A stretch of 63,634 nt of DNA, counting the filler, from Thermodesulfobacteriota bacterium (GTDB lineage: Bacteria > DASVDK01), in the NCBI GenBank assembly GCA_036381125.1. It is 7 parts of 7 records of this genome, joined end to end, with 100 filler letters (N's around TTAATTAATTAA, not from the genome) between each part and the next. Parts side by side here need not be neighbours in the genome. Positions count along the whole stretch, not along the records: positions 41,550 to 54,776 come from DASVDK010000115.1; positions 54,877 to 61,474 come from DASVDK010000116.1; 5 more parts are not named here. The stretch is one strand, 5' to 3'. Of this stretch, positions 44,883 through 55,606 are shown in pieces. Each line of letters opens with the position of its first letter. Positions within the stretch are counted from its first letter, which is position 1. The notes under the pieces are model-generated. The model was not told where the DNA came from and ran no database searches. It worked only from the letters and a program-made list of their open reading frames with translations. Both the position numbers and the translations under genes were made by a program.

Positions 44883-47186
44883 CTAGAGGAGCGAGAGCTG
44901 CTTGGGCCGCGTCGCGTCGCCGCCGCCGAAGAGGCGGCCCCACTCGGCATCGGAGAGGAACGGCCGGATCCGCTTGAGCACCTCGTCGAGCTTGCGGAGG
45001 TAGTAGTCGACGTTCTCGTCGCGCGCCGCCGGGTCGAACTCGGAGGCGAGCTTCGCGTGCGAGAAGCCGGTGACCCGCGCGCCCCGCCCGGTGATGTAGT
45101 AGGTCACCGCCTCGCCCCGCCTGAAGTCGCCCCGGGACCGCTTGGCCAGCTCGTAGACGGCGGCGCGGTTGCGCCCGCTGCGGGCGACCTTCCGGTCGTA
45201 CTCGCTCCGCGACTCGCGCAGGTACTCGGTCCGCGCGAACTCCCGCACGTCGAGCTCGCGCGCGAGGATGCGGCGCCTGAGGTCGTGGTAGGCGTCGGCG
45301 AGCCGCTCGTGCTCGCCCGTGAGGAGACATCGGATGGCGGTCTCGAGGAACGTGCGGGCGAAGGGCTCGACGTCGCGGGCGCGGAAGGCGCTGCCGGCGA
45401 GCTTGACGTGGCCGTCGTAGTCGAGCAGGGCGTAGTTCTTGACCTTGTAGCTCAGCATGGCGGCGTACCGGCCGTCGAACGCGATGCGGATGCCGCCGGG
45501 CGCCGCCGCCGCCATCTGCTCGACGAACGCCCGCTCGGCGGCCTCCCCCTCCGGCAGGTCGGGCGGGGGCACGAAGTAGAGCCCGTCGGTGTCGATCTCG
45601 ATGACGCGTCCGCCGGCCGCGCGGACGAAGTCGATCATGCGGCCGAGGATCTGCTGGCCGGTCGTCGTGACCCGCTCGGCCTCGTCGAAGTCGTTGAAGA
45701 GCCCGAAGGACCAGCCGAGGTAGCCGAAGAACGAGTTCACGAGGATCTTGAAGGCGCCCTGAAGGGCGTCCAGCCGCGCGCGCTCGACCGGGTCGGTGGC
45801 GGCCGCCGCGGCCCGCTTGGCGGCAAGCCGGCGCGCGGTGAGCGCCTCGAGGAGCCTCGGGAAGACGCCGAGGGTGTCGCGGCGCGGCCTGATGCCGTAG
45901 GCGAGCATGACCGACGGATAGAGCGACTCGACGTCGGCCTTCACCACGCGCCTGACCACGCCGGTCTCGTACACGGCGGTGAGCCCGCCCGGGAAGGCGC
46001 GCGCCGGCGACGGTCTCGGCAGGCTCGCGCCGGCCTGGACGTAGGCGCGAACGAGCAGCATCTCGATGCGCGACGCCATGCCGGTCGACACGACGCTCTG
46101 CAGCCCCATCGGCAGGATCTGCGTCTGGTAGAAGAGCGGCCCGACGAGGGTCGTCGCGAGCGCGGCGGTCTCCCGGACGTCGTCCATCGCGTAGCGGGCC
46201 AGCGTGTCGGGGTCGCGCGTCCAGAGTTCGCTGATCTCGCGCCCCTCGACGTACGTGCGGCCGGGCGGCACGAGGCCGAACCACCGCGCGGCCTGCTTGA
46301 GGCCGTAGGACGGCATCTCCCGCTTCACCATGTCGTACTGCTGGACCAGGAACCAGGTGTCGACGACGTGCCGCCCCGGCACGTCGTAGCGGGTGTAGTC
46401 CACCGTGCGGTCGGCGAAGCGCACCCGCGCGGGGACGGCGGTCGGCTCGCCGCCGTCGCGGCCGATGGCGAACGGCACGCCGTGACGACGGCATCGGGCC
46501 GCGAGGTAGGCGAGGTCGAAGTTGAAGACGTTGTGCCCCTCGATCACGTCGGGGTCCCGCTCGCGGATCAGCGCCACCAGCGCCTCGAGCATCGCGCGCT
46601 CGTCGAGCACCCGGCCGTCGAGGAGGCGCTCGAAGCCGCGGCCGTCGGAGAGGGAGACCAGGATGATCCGGTCGCCCTCGCGCCCGGGGTCGCTGAACTC
46701 GCCCGGGACGCTCGAGTAGGTCTCCAGGTCGATCTGCAGGCGGGCGAGGTGCTCGAAGGCGAGCCCCTTGAAGAGGGTCCGTCCCGAGGCGACGAGGTAC
46801 TGCTCGCGCGGGTCGCGCAGGAGGAGCAGGTCGGGCACCGACGCCGGGCTGTCGATGGCGGTGCCGTGCCGGCGGTTGTAGCGCTCGAGCGCCTCCCGCG
46901 CCGCCTGGCGGTAGGCGCGCAGGCCGGGGAACACCGCCAGCCAGCCGAACGGGCCGTCGCCCGAGAGCCGCTCGAGGCGCGCCCCGCTCTTCGCCGGCCC
47001 GAGGAGGTCGGGGTCGGCCAGGTGGAAGAAGGGCTCGAACGGGACCTCCGTGCGGACGAGCCGGCCGGGGCCGCCGTCGGCCGGCGGCCGCTGGTAGCAC
47101 GCCATGCGGTCGTCGCCGACCGGTTCGACGGCGACGAGCCACGGCGTGGGGTCGCGTCCCTCGAGGAGATGGTCCGCTCCGGTCAC
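44883..47186 (-). CDS. polB: Family B DNA polymerase (Pol II-like)
   Basis: Exo motifs IDLET, GHNVFNFDL, YAMDD; pol motifs DVESLYPS, KILVNSFFG, IDTDG; C-terminal QLSLL clamp motif; GTG start overlaps the upstream stop. Confidence 0.9.
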   Translation of the reverse strand: MTGADHLLEGRDPTPWLVAVEPVGDDRMACYQRPPADGGPGRLVRTEVPFEPFFHLADPDLLGPAKSGARLERLSGDGPFGWLAVFPGLRAYRQAAREALERYNRRHGTAIDSPASVPDLLLLRDPREQYLVASGRTLFKGLAFEHLARLQIDLETYSSVPGEFSDPGREGDRIILVSLSDGRGFERLLDGRVLDERAMLEALVALIRERDPDVIEGHNVFNFDLAYLAARCRRHGVPFAIGRDGGEPTAVPARVRFADRTVDYTRYDVPGRHVVDTWFLVQQYDMVKREMPSYGLKQAARWFGLVPPGRTYVEGREISELWTRDPDTLARYAMDDVRETAALATTLVGPLFYQTQILPMGLQSVVSTGMASRIEMLLVRAYVQAGASLPRPSPARAFPGGLTAVYETGVVRRVVKADVESLYPSVMLAYGIRPRRDTLGVFPRLLEALTARRLAAKRAAAAATDPVERARLDALQGAFKILVNSFFGYLGWSFGLFNDFDEAERVTTTGQQILGRMIDFVRAAGGRVIEIDTDGLYFVPPPDLPEGEAAERAFVEQMAAAAPGGIRIAFDGRYAAMLSYKVKNYALLDYDGHVKLAGSAFRARDVEPFARTFLETAIRCLLTGEHERLADAYHDLRRRILARELDVREFARTEYLRESRSEYDRKVARSGRNRAAVYELAKRSRGDFRRGEAVTYYITGRGARVTGFSHAKLASEFDPAARDENVDYYLRKLDEVLKRIRPFLSDAEWGRLFGGGDATRPKQLSLL

Positions 47187-47659
47187 CCCGTTATGATGAT
47201 CACTCCGGGCGAGAAGAAAAAGAACAGAAACCCTCGCGCCGGGAAGCGTGCCCCGATGTCCACGTCGACCTCCCGGATGCGAGGCCGGGGGGCCGGCAGG
47301 AGGACCGCGAACGTGCCCCGCTCGCCGGGGAAGAGCGTCCGCGTCCCCTGGACGACGTCGAACACCGGCACATCGGGAACCGTCTCGAAGGGGACGAGCC
47401 GGCCGAACGCGTCGACGACGAAGGTCGTGAGCGTGACCTCGACGTCGAAGGCCTCGACGTCGCCCACGTTGACGACGGTGCCCGACACCTCCTGGTCGCC
47501 GTTGCCGAACCGGGTGACGACGACCGACCCCTCGAGCCGCAGGTCGGCGCGAGGGGCCGAGTGGAAGCCGACGGCGACATCCCCGCACCCGGCGGCCTGC
47601 ACCCCGAGCAGCAGCAGGAGCGCGAGGGCGTGCGGCCCGACGTGCCGCCGGCTAGTCAT
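47183..47659 (-). CDS. Putative lipoprotein (FxLYD-like beta domain)
   Basis: Hydrophobic signal + AAGC lipobox; VSGTVVNVGDVEA...TLFPGERGTF. Confidence 0.6.
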   Translation of the reverse strand: MTSRRHVGPHALALLLLLGVQAAGCGDVAVGFHSAPRADLRLEGSVVVTRFGNGDQEVSGTVVNVGDVEAFDVEVTLTTFVVDAFGRLVPFETVPDVPVFDVVQGTRTLFPGERGTFAVLLPAPRPRIREVDVDIGARFPARGFLFFFFSPGVIIITG

Positions 47660-48327
47660 TGTCCGTTCCCCGGCACGGCCGTTGCCACGCCGCCTCTCGC
47701 ATAGTCGCCCCCCGTCCCTCTCCTCGTCCGCGCGCGCCGGCGCTCGCCCTGGTCGCCGCCGCGAGGGCGGCGACCCCGGGCTGCGGCGGCGACACCTGGT
47801 ATACGCGCGAGGAGCGCGTTTCCGTCGACCTGCAGGCGCGCGTCCCGGGCCGGGCGCCCGGCCCGGCAACGCGGCTCGCCCTCGTGCGTCGCGTGACGCC
47901 GCCCGCCCCCTTCGCGGTCGACGAGACCCCCGCCGCGACCAGCGCCCTCGACGTCGAGGTCTCCGGCCTCGCGGAGCCCGGGATCCCGGTGATCGTGCGG
48001 GTCGAGGGGGGCGCCGGGCTCGTCGAGGTGCGCAAGGCAGCCGGTGAGGCGCGCTTCGTCTCGGCGCCGCGAGCGACCCTGCGAGGGCAGGCGCCGGGGG
48101 CGGTGTCGGTGCAGGTCGACACGCCGGCCGACGGGCGCCTCTCGGCGCCGGTCGCCTCCGACGGCGCCTTCCGGCTCGGCGTGGTCCTGCCCGCGACGCT
48201 CACGCCCGTGTCGATCGACGTCGAGGCGGTCGACGCGGCCGGCAACCGGAGCGCCGCGACGACGCTGCGCGCCCTGGCCGTGGGCGGCGGCCTCGGCGAC
48301 GGCGGCGGCGAGCGGGGCGCCCGATAG
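47659..48327 (+). CDS. Hypothetical exported protein with Ig-like features (start uncertain)
   Basis: VSGLAEPG, DGAFRL, EAVDAAGNRS are typical of bacterial Ig-like folds; PGC possible lipobox. Confidence 0.45.
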   Translation: MSVPRHGRCHAASRIVAPRPSPRPRAPALALVAAARAATPGCGGDTWYTREERVSVDLQARVPGRAPGPATRLALVRRVTPPAPFAVDETPAATSALDVEVSGLAEPGIPVIVRVEGGAGLVEVRKAAGEARFVSAPRATLRGQAPGAVSVQVDTPADGRLSAPVASDGAFRLGVVLPATLTPVSIDVEAVDAAGNRSAATTLRALAVGGGLGDGGGERGAR

Positions 48328-48399
48328 CCCGAGCCATCGAGCGGCGGGCGGCCGGTCGCAGGCAGCCGGCTCCACCCCGTCGAGCGCGCGCTCCGCTCG

Positions 48400-48762
48400 C
48401 TAGTTCAGCCGCTTCTTGACGAGGCTGTCGATGCGCTTCGCCGTCTCGGGATCCACGTCCTGGAACTCGATCCCCATGCCGGGCTCCGTGCGGCCCCCGA
48501 CCCGGTCCTCGAACTCCTTCGTGATCCAGACAACCCGCCCGGCGACCTTGATGACGCGCGAGTCCTCGGGGAGGGAGAACTGCAGGTTCACGAGCGTGCC
48601 CGGCGTGAGGGGGGACCGGGACTTGAGGAAGAGGCCGTCGCGGTTGATGTTCGCGGAGTAGTCGGAGTACGGCGCGTCGTCCCGCGTCATGTCGACCTTG
48701 TAGTCGACCTTCACGTAGATCGGTACGCGCGGCTGGCGGCGCTTGTCCCCCTTACCCGACAT
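48400..48762 (-). CDS. Single-domain PilZ protein (TIGR02266-like)
   Basis: KRRQPR (RxxxR), NINRDGLF, GRVVW, PGMGIEF. Confidence 0.85.
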   Translation of the reverse strand: MSGKGDKRRQPRVPIYVKVDYKVDMTRDDAPYSDYSANINRDGLFLKSRSPLTPGTLVNLQFSLPEDSRVIKVAGRVVWITKEFEDRVGGRTEPGMGIEFQDVDPETAKRIDSLVKKRLN

Positions 48763-49894
48763 GGGGCCCCCCTCCGGACACGTGCGCGGCGGCCCGCCCC
48801 CGCCCGCCCCGGGCGTCGATCAGCGCGAGCAGCGGCCCGACGTTCTCGATCCGGCTCTGCCGCTCGCCGCGCTCGATCTCGTGCACCATCTCGACGAGCG
48901 CCGCGTTGAGCGGCGTCGGCACGCCGCGGGCAGCGCCCCGCGCGACGAGCACGCCGTTGAAGTCGTCCACCTCGGTGCGCCGGCCGCGGTCGAGGTCCTG
49001 GAGCATGACCGAGCGCAGCCCGCGGTAGCGGTTCGCGGCCAGCCGCAGCGCGGCGCCGCCCGCCAGGTTGTGCCACCACGCCCCGATCCCGCCGCCCGCG
49101 CGCCAGGCGACGCGCCGCAGGTCGACGCGGCCGCCGAACGGCTCGAGCCGGATCCCCTCCGCGTCGGCCACGCGCACCGACTCGGCCACGAGGTGACGCG
49201 CCACCCACCGCACGACCGGCTTCGAGAGCATCTCGCCCAGCGTGAGCCCCGTCACGGCCCCGAGGGTCGAGGTGGCCGAGTTGATGATGAGCTTGGTCCA
49301 GAGCGCGCCGAGGATGTTCGTCGAGACGCGGACCGGCTCCACCACCTCGAGGAGCGCCTCGAGGGCCCTGAGCCGCGGCGTCACCGTTCCGTCCAGCTCG
49401 CCGATCGTGGTGTGACCACGGGAGGTCTGCACGACCTCGCCCGGTCGGGCGAGCGTCGCGCCCCACCCGACGATCGCGCCGATGGTCCGCTCGCGGCCGA
49501 CGACCGCGGCGATCCGCTCCTCGCAGAGCCCGTTCTGCAGCGACACCACCATCGAGCGCGGCTCGAGCCTCGGGACGAGTTCCCGGCAGGCGGCCTCGAC
49601 GTCGCCGGCCTTGACGGCCAGGAGCACCGTCCCGGGCGCGCCCGGGACCTCGGCCACGCCGGCCGCCACCCGGACCGGGACGACACCCTCGTAGTCGGGC
49701 CCTCGCACCCGGAGACCTCCCTGCGCCCGGATGGCGTCCAGGTGGCTGCCCGGTCGGCAGACGAGCCAGGGCCGGAGGTCCTCGCCCGATCCCGGCTCGC
49801 CCTGGCTCGCGGAACGGGTCAGGTGCGCCCCGAGGACGCCGCCGACCGCGCCGCAGCCGACCACCCAGATGGGGGCGATCGTGGCGCTCGACAC
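48752..49894 (-). CDS. panE: Ketopantoate reductase family protein
   Basis: GCGAVGG, LAVKA, SLQNG, WTKLIINS, SVMLQDL..GRRTEVD.FNG. Confidence 0.85.
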   Translation of the reverse strand: MSSATIAPIWVVGCGAVGGVLGAHLTRSASQGEPGSGEDLRPWLVCRPGSHLDAIRAQGGLRVRGPDYEGVVPVRVAAGVAEVPGAPGTVLLAVKAGDVEAACRELVPRLEPRSMVVSLQNGLCEERIAAVVGRERTIGAIVGWGATLARPGEVVQTSRGHTTIGELDGTVTPRLRALEALLEVVEPVRVSTNILGALWTKLIINSATSTLGAVTGLTLGEMLSKPVVRWVARHLVAESVRVADAEGIRLEPFGGRVDLRRVAWRAGGGIGAWWHNLAGGAALRLAANRYRGLRSVMLQDLDRGRRTEVDDFNGVLVARGAARGVPTPLNAALVEMVHEIERGERQSRIENVGPLLALIDARGGRGRAAAHVSGGGPHVG

Positions 49895-49976
49895 AGTGCC
49901 GGAAGTATACCGCCCCCGTACCCGACCGGCCAACGAGCGCTCGCCCGGAAGGCGGCGTCACCACACGCTATCTGTG

Positions 49977-50006
49977 TTGATCCGGGCTTTCTCGCCGTGC
50001 TATAAG
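49977..50006 (+). promoter_or_regulatory. Candidate sigma70 promoter for the fusion gene
   Basis: TTGATC-18 nt-TATAAG with TG extension; AGGAG SD at 50041. Confidence 0.45.
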
Positions 50007-50050
50007 AGCCCCCGGTTGGCTTGCGGCCCCCCCTCGCGACAGGAGCCTCC

Positions 50051-53000
50051 GTGGACGCAGTTCGGGTCCCGCGGGCGCGAGCCCTTCCCTGGGTCGCCTG
50101 CGACCTCCCCCTCGAACCTGGTGTCGGCGGCACGGTCGGTGAGGGCCGGGTGACCGGTCTGTCGATGGACGCGGTCCGCCTGGCCGGCGCCGAGGGGCTT
50201 GCCGAGGGAGCCGAGGTCAGGATCGGGTTCAGGCTGCCGGGTCAGCGGGCGGCCACCGTCCTCTCCGGCCGGGTCGAGCCGGACGAGGCGGGCGCCGCGG
50301 CGGTCCGCATCGCCATCCTCGGCTTCGAGAAGGGCGCCGAGCGGGCCTATCGTCAGTTCGTCCTCGCCCGGGTCGGGGCCGACACCCTCGCGCGCCAGGC
50401 CGAGGCGCTCACCACGCCGTCGGGCCGGCTGGTGCCGCTGACCGATCCTGCCCGCATCCGGGAACTCCTCGCCGACTCCCTCGCCTACCGGGCCGACGCC
50501 CTCGTGCAGGGGGCCGACCTGCCCCAGCCGGTGCGGGCGCTCCTCACGGACGTGACGGCGACGGAGCTGCTCCTCACGGCCGAAGGCGGCAGCAGGGGCG
50601 GCCCGCTCGCCGGCACGCGCGTCCGCTGCTCGCTCCTGTCGCGACACGGGCCCTATCTGTTCGAGGCCGACGTGCGCGGCTGCACCGACGGCCAGTTTCG
50701 CCTCGCCTTCCCCACCCGGCTCCACCAGTACGAGAAGCGCGGCGCGCCCCGCCTCGTGGTCGGCGCCGGTCGCGCCGGCGGCGCTCGACGCGAGCCGGCC
50801 GAGCCGCTGCCGCCCGACCGCATCGTGCTCACGCTGCCGCCCGTCTACGGCGGCACCATCGAGCGGCCGCTCATCGACGTGAGCGAGACGGGGGCGGCCT
50901 TCCGCAGCCGCCCGGGCGATCCGCTCTTCCTGCCCGGCACGCCGCTTGCCGGCGTCGTGCTCGTGCTCAACGGCGCGCCCGGCTCGCCCCGGCCGGCCGA
51001 GGTCCGGCAGGTCGCGCTGGAGACGGCGGGCGACGGCGCCGGGGGGCCGACCTACCGCGTCGGCCTCGCCCTCGACGTCGAGCGTGCAAGGCCGGTGCGC
51101 GGCTCGCAGGGGCCGGAGGCGCCGGCAGTGCGGCGACCCGGCCTCTTCGCCCGCGCGGCGGAGGGCGACGGCCTCGCCGGCCGACTGGTCCGCCGCCTCC
51201 GGGCTCCCCTCGAGGCGCTGCGCGCGACCCGGGTTCGGTCTCGCGCCCGGGCCGGCGGGCCGCTCGTCAACGTGGTCCGCTACCGCCGGCGCGACGGCGA
51301 GCCGATCGTCGGCCTCGTCAACAGCACGCAGCCGATCGGCCGCGCGGGCGCGCGGCTGCGCGGGCCGCTCGTCGTCATCCCGCCCGCCTACGGGAAGACC
51401 AAGGAGACCTACTCCGCGCTCGCGCTGATGATCACCGAGACCTTCCGGCGACACGGCCGCGACGTCGTCGTGGTCCGCTACGACGGCACGTACGCCGTGG
51501 GGGAGAGCCACAAGGCGCCGGAGGACTGGCCGGACGAGCGGCAGATGATGCGCTTCACGCTGTCGGCCGGCGCGGGAGACCTGCTGGCGACGCTGGACTA
51601 CTTCCACGGCCGCCCCTGGTTCCGTCCGACGCACACCGTGGTCATCAGCTTCAGCCTCGCCGCGCTCTCCACCCGGCGGGCGATCCTCTCCGACCCGTCG
51701 GGGCGGACGACGCACTGGCTGAGCGTCGTCGGCGCGCCCGACGCCCAGGAGGTGATCTTCAACGCGACCGGCGGCTTCGACGCCATCGGCGGCCACCAGC
51801 TCGGCATCCGCTACGGCACCGTGCAGGTCCTCAACCACCTGATCGACGCCGACCACTTCTCGCAGGACGCCGTCGCCTCGGGACTGGCGACGCTCCAGGA
51901 CGCGCGGCGGGACCTCGGCCGGATCGCGATCCCGGTCACCTGGTTCGTCGGACGCGACGACCGGTGGGTGCGCGCCGAGCGGGTCTACGACGTCATGAGC
52001 GTGGCCGCGCCGGCGCCGCGGGAGGTGGTCGAGCTGCCGGTCGGCCACACCATGCGCTCGTCGGCCGAGGCGCTCGCGTCGTTCGACACGATCATCCGCC
52101 ACCTCTGGCGGCAGCTCCACGGCGAGACGCCGGTCGAGGTCCGGGCCGACGAGGCGGCGATCAAGCGCGTCGCCGCGCTCGAGCGGGGCCGACTGCCGCG
52201 CCGCCGGATCGGCGACGCGCGGGAGTACTGGTCCCGCTACCTCGTCGGCGACGACGGGCGCGGGATCGGCTTCGACCTCTGGGCCACGACGCCGGCCTAC
52301 ACGGACCTCATGGACCTGCAGCGGCAGCTCCTCGACGTGTGCGAGGGGGACGTCGTGGCCGACCTCGGGGCCGGGACCGGGAACTTCACGGCGCACCTGC
52401 TCGACCGGCTCGTGCGCGACGGCTTCCGGGCGAGCCCGAGGCGGCTCGTCGTCGCCGACCTGGTGCCCGCGGCGCTCGAGCTGGCGCGCGCGAAGGCCGG
52501 GCGGATCCTCGAGGGGGTGCTCGCGCCGAGCGACTTCCTGGAGTTCCGCGAGCTGAACCTCGAGACGAGCCGCCTGCGCCCGATCCGGCGCTTCCTCGCG
52601 GGGGAGTTCCCGAGCGTCGAGGGGCTGCGAGGCCTCGTCGACGGCCTGCCCGACGCCACGCTCGACGCGTGGCTCGCGGTGTACGACGAGCGGCTGCACG
52701 CCTGGCTCAGGGGCGCCGCCCCCGACGGCCCGCTGCGCTCGCACGTCGGCCGGCTCCTCAAGGGCGTCGACCTCGAGGTGGCGGTCGAGTTCAACCGCGC
52801 CGCGCGCTGGACGCTCGGCCGGCTCGCGCCCGAGGACCTCTCCGCGGACCTCGGGATGGCCGAGGCGCGGGCCGTCCTCGCGGACGCCCGCTCGGCGACG
52901 GTCGCGCACCTTCGCTTCGATCGGCTGCGCTTCGACGGCCCGGGCCTCGACGACGCCCTCCCCTTCCCCGACGCGAGCCTCGACAAGGCGGTCATGAGCC

Positions 53001-53386
53001 TCGTCCTCTCGTACCTCTTCGACCCGGTCGAGACCCTTCGCGAGGTGCACCGCATCCTGCGTCCCGGCGGTCGGCTCGTCGCCTCCACGATGCGGCCCGA
53101 CGCCGACCTCTCGCGCACCGCGGAGGAGCTGGTCGATCGCATCAGGACCGATCCGGCGGTCCACCAGCGCTTCGGCGTCTCGGTCGAGGAGCTGTCCGCC
53201 GCCGTCCAGCGCTACATCAACTCGGCCGCGAGCCTCCTCGACCTCGAGGAGGGGGGCGTCTTCCGCTTCTTCTCGAAAGAGGAGATGCGGGCGCTCCTCG
53301 AGCAGGCCGGCTTCGACCGGGTGAAGGTCTACGAGTCCTTCGGCCGCCCCCCACAGGCCTTCGTGGCGGTGGGCGTGAAGCGGTGA
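50051..53386 (+). CDS. Multidomain protein: PilZ-like domains + LuxD-like alpha/beta-hydrolase (acyl-thioesterase) + class I SAM methyltransferase
   Basis: PilZ: KRGAPR and DVSETG. Hydrolase: VVRYDGTYAVGES, ISFSLAA, GRDDRWV, PVGH. MTase: VADLGAGTGN, LPFPDASLDK, HRILRPGG. Confidence 0.8.
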   Translation: MDAVRVPRARALPWVACDLPLEPGVGGTVGEGRVTGLSMDAVRLAGAEGLAEGAEVRIGFRLPGQRAATVLSGRVEPDEAGAAAVRIAILGFEKGAERAYRQFVLARVGADTLARQAEALTTPSGRLVPLTDPARIRELLADSLAYRADALVQGADLPQPVRALLTDVTATELLLTAEGGSRGGPLAGTRVRCSLLSRHGPYLFEADVRGCTDGQFRLAFPTRLHQYEKRGAPRLVVGAGRAGGARREPAEPLPPDRIVLTLPPVYGGTIERPLIDVSETGAAFRSRPGDPLFLPGTPLAGVVLVLNGAPGSPRPAEVRQVALETAGDGAGGPTYRVGLALDVERARPVRGSQGPEAPAVRRPGLFARAAEGDGLAGRLVRRLRAPLEALRATRVRSRARAGGPLVNVVRYRRRDGEPIVGLVNSTQPIGRAGARLRGPLVVIPPAYGKTKETYSALALMITETFRRHGRDVVVVRYDGTYAVGESHKAPEDWPDERQMMRFTLSAGAGDLLATLDYFHGRPWFRPTHTVVISFSLAALSTRRAILSDPSGRTTHWLSVVGAPDAQEVIFNATGGFDAIGGHQLGIRYGTVQVLNHLIDADHFSQDAVASGLATLQDARRDLGRIAIPVTWFVGRDDRWVRAERVYDVMSVAAPAPREVVELPVGHTMRSSAEALASFDTIIRHLWRQLHGETPVEVRADEAAIKRVAALERGRLPRRRIGDAREYWSRYLVGDDGRGIGFDLWATTPAYTDLMDLQRQLLDVCEGDVVADLGAGTGNFTAHLLDRLVRDGFRASPRRLVVADLVPAALELARAKAGRILEGVLAPSDFLEFRELNLETSRLRPIRRFLAGEFPSVEGLRGLVDGLPDATLDAWLAVYDERLHAWLRGAAPDGPLRSHVGRLLKGVDLEVAVEFNRAARWTLGRLAPEDLSADLGMAEARAVLADARSATVAHLRFDRLRFDGPGLDDALPFPDASLDKAVMSLVLSYLFDPVETLREVHRILRPGGRLVASTMRPDADLSRTAEELVDRIRTDPAVHQRFGVSVEELSAAVQRYINSAASLLDLEEGGVFRFFSKEEMRALLEQAGFDRVKVYESFGRPPQAFVAVGVKR

Positions 53387-53398
53387 CGAGGCGCGCCG

Positions 53399-54776
<1,378 letters not shown>

Positions 54777-54876
54777 NNNNNNNNNNNNNNNNNNNNNNNN
54801 NNNNNNNNNNNNNNNNNNNNTTAATTAATTAANNNNNNNNNNNNNNNNNNNNNNNNNNNNNNNNNNNNNNNNNNNN
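54777..54876. other. Artificial contig linker
   Basis: N44-TTAATTAATTAA-N44. Confidence 0.98.
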
Positions 54877-55219
54877 CGTATCGACGTTGTTGCTCGCCTG
54901 CGCGCTCCTGCGCGTCGACCCTGCGCACGCCGACTTCGATGCCGCCGGCTACTACCAGCTCCGGTGCGCGAGCTGCCACGGCGTGAGCGGCGAAGGCACG
55001 GAAAACTCGGTCCCCCAACTGGCGCCCGCACTCAAGGGCAATCCGCTGGTCATGAACGCGCCGGTCCCCGCGATCGCACAGATCATCAGGCAGGGGCGGT
55101 CGGGGCAGCGGCGTATCTACGACGGGCCGTTCCCGAACATGCCGGCGTTCGGTCCCGGGGTGGTGCCCGACGTCGAGGCGCTCGTCAACTACCTGAAGGG
55201 GCCGCTGCAGCAGCAGTAA
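54877..55219 (+). CDS. Monoheme class I cytochrome c (5' truncated)
   Basis: End of signal peptide AHA, CASCH, distal Met in NMPAF. Confidence 0.88.
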
Positions 55220-55606
55220 AGGGGTCGCGGGTGGAGCGGGGCCATGTCGCCACTGCGTCGAGGCAGCAGGCTCCCGCATCCTCCTTGGCGCGCGTCGGAC
55301 GGCGCAAGGCCGACCGGCGCGTCGTCGGTGGCCCTTAGTCGGCGTGCGCGGCGGCGAGCCCGTCGCAACGCGAGACACCTGTAATTCCGCCGAGATCGAT
55401 ACGGGAACCACGGTCAGGGCAGGGTCCTCGAGGGACCCGCGAGCCCTGGCCGACAGGGGAACCCTGTCGTCGGACGTCGAGCGAGAAGGACATTTCGGGG
55501 GCTCCGCGCGGAAGGCGCCGGGGCGGCCGGCATGCCGCCGCGGCGCGACCGTGCACGGGAGCCCGACCACGGCACGGCTTGTTGCCAGCCTGGAGGGGGC
55601 CAGTCA

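Noticed and set aside
55570-55586. Sigma54 promoter-like GGCAC...TTGC upstream of cyc2
   Set aside because: GG-to-GC spacing is 11 nt rather than the required 10.
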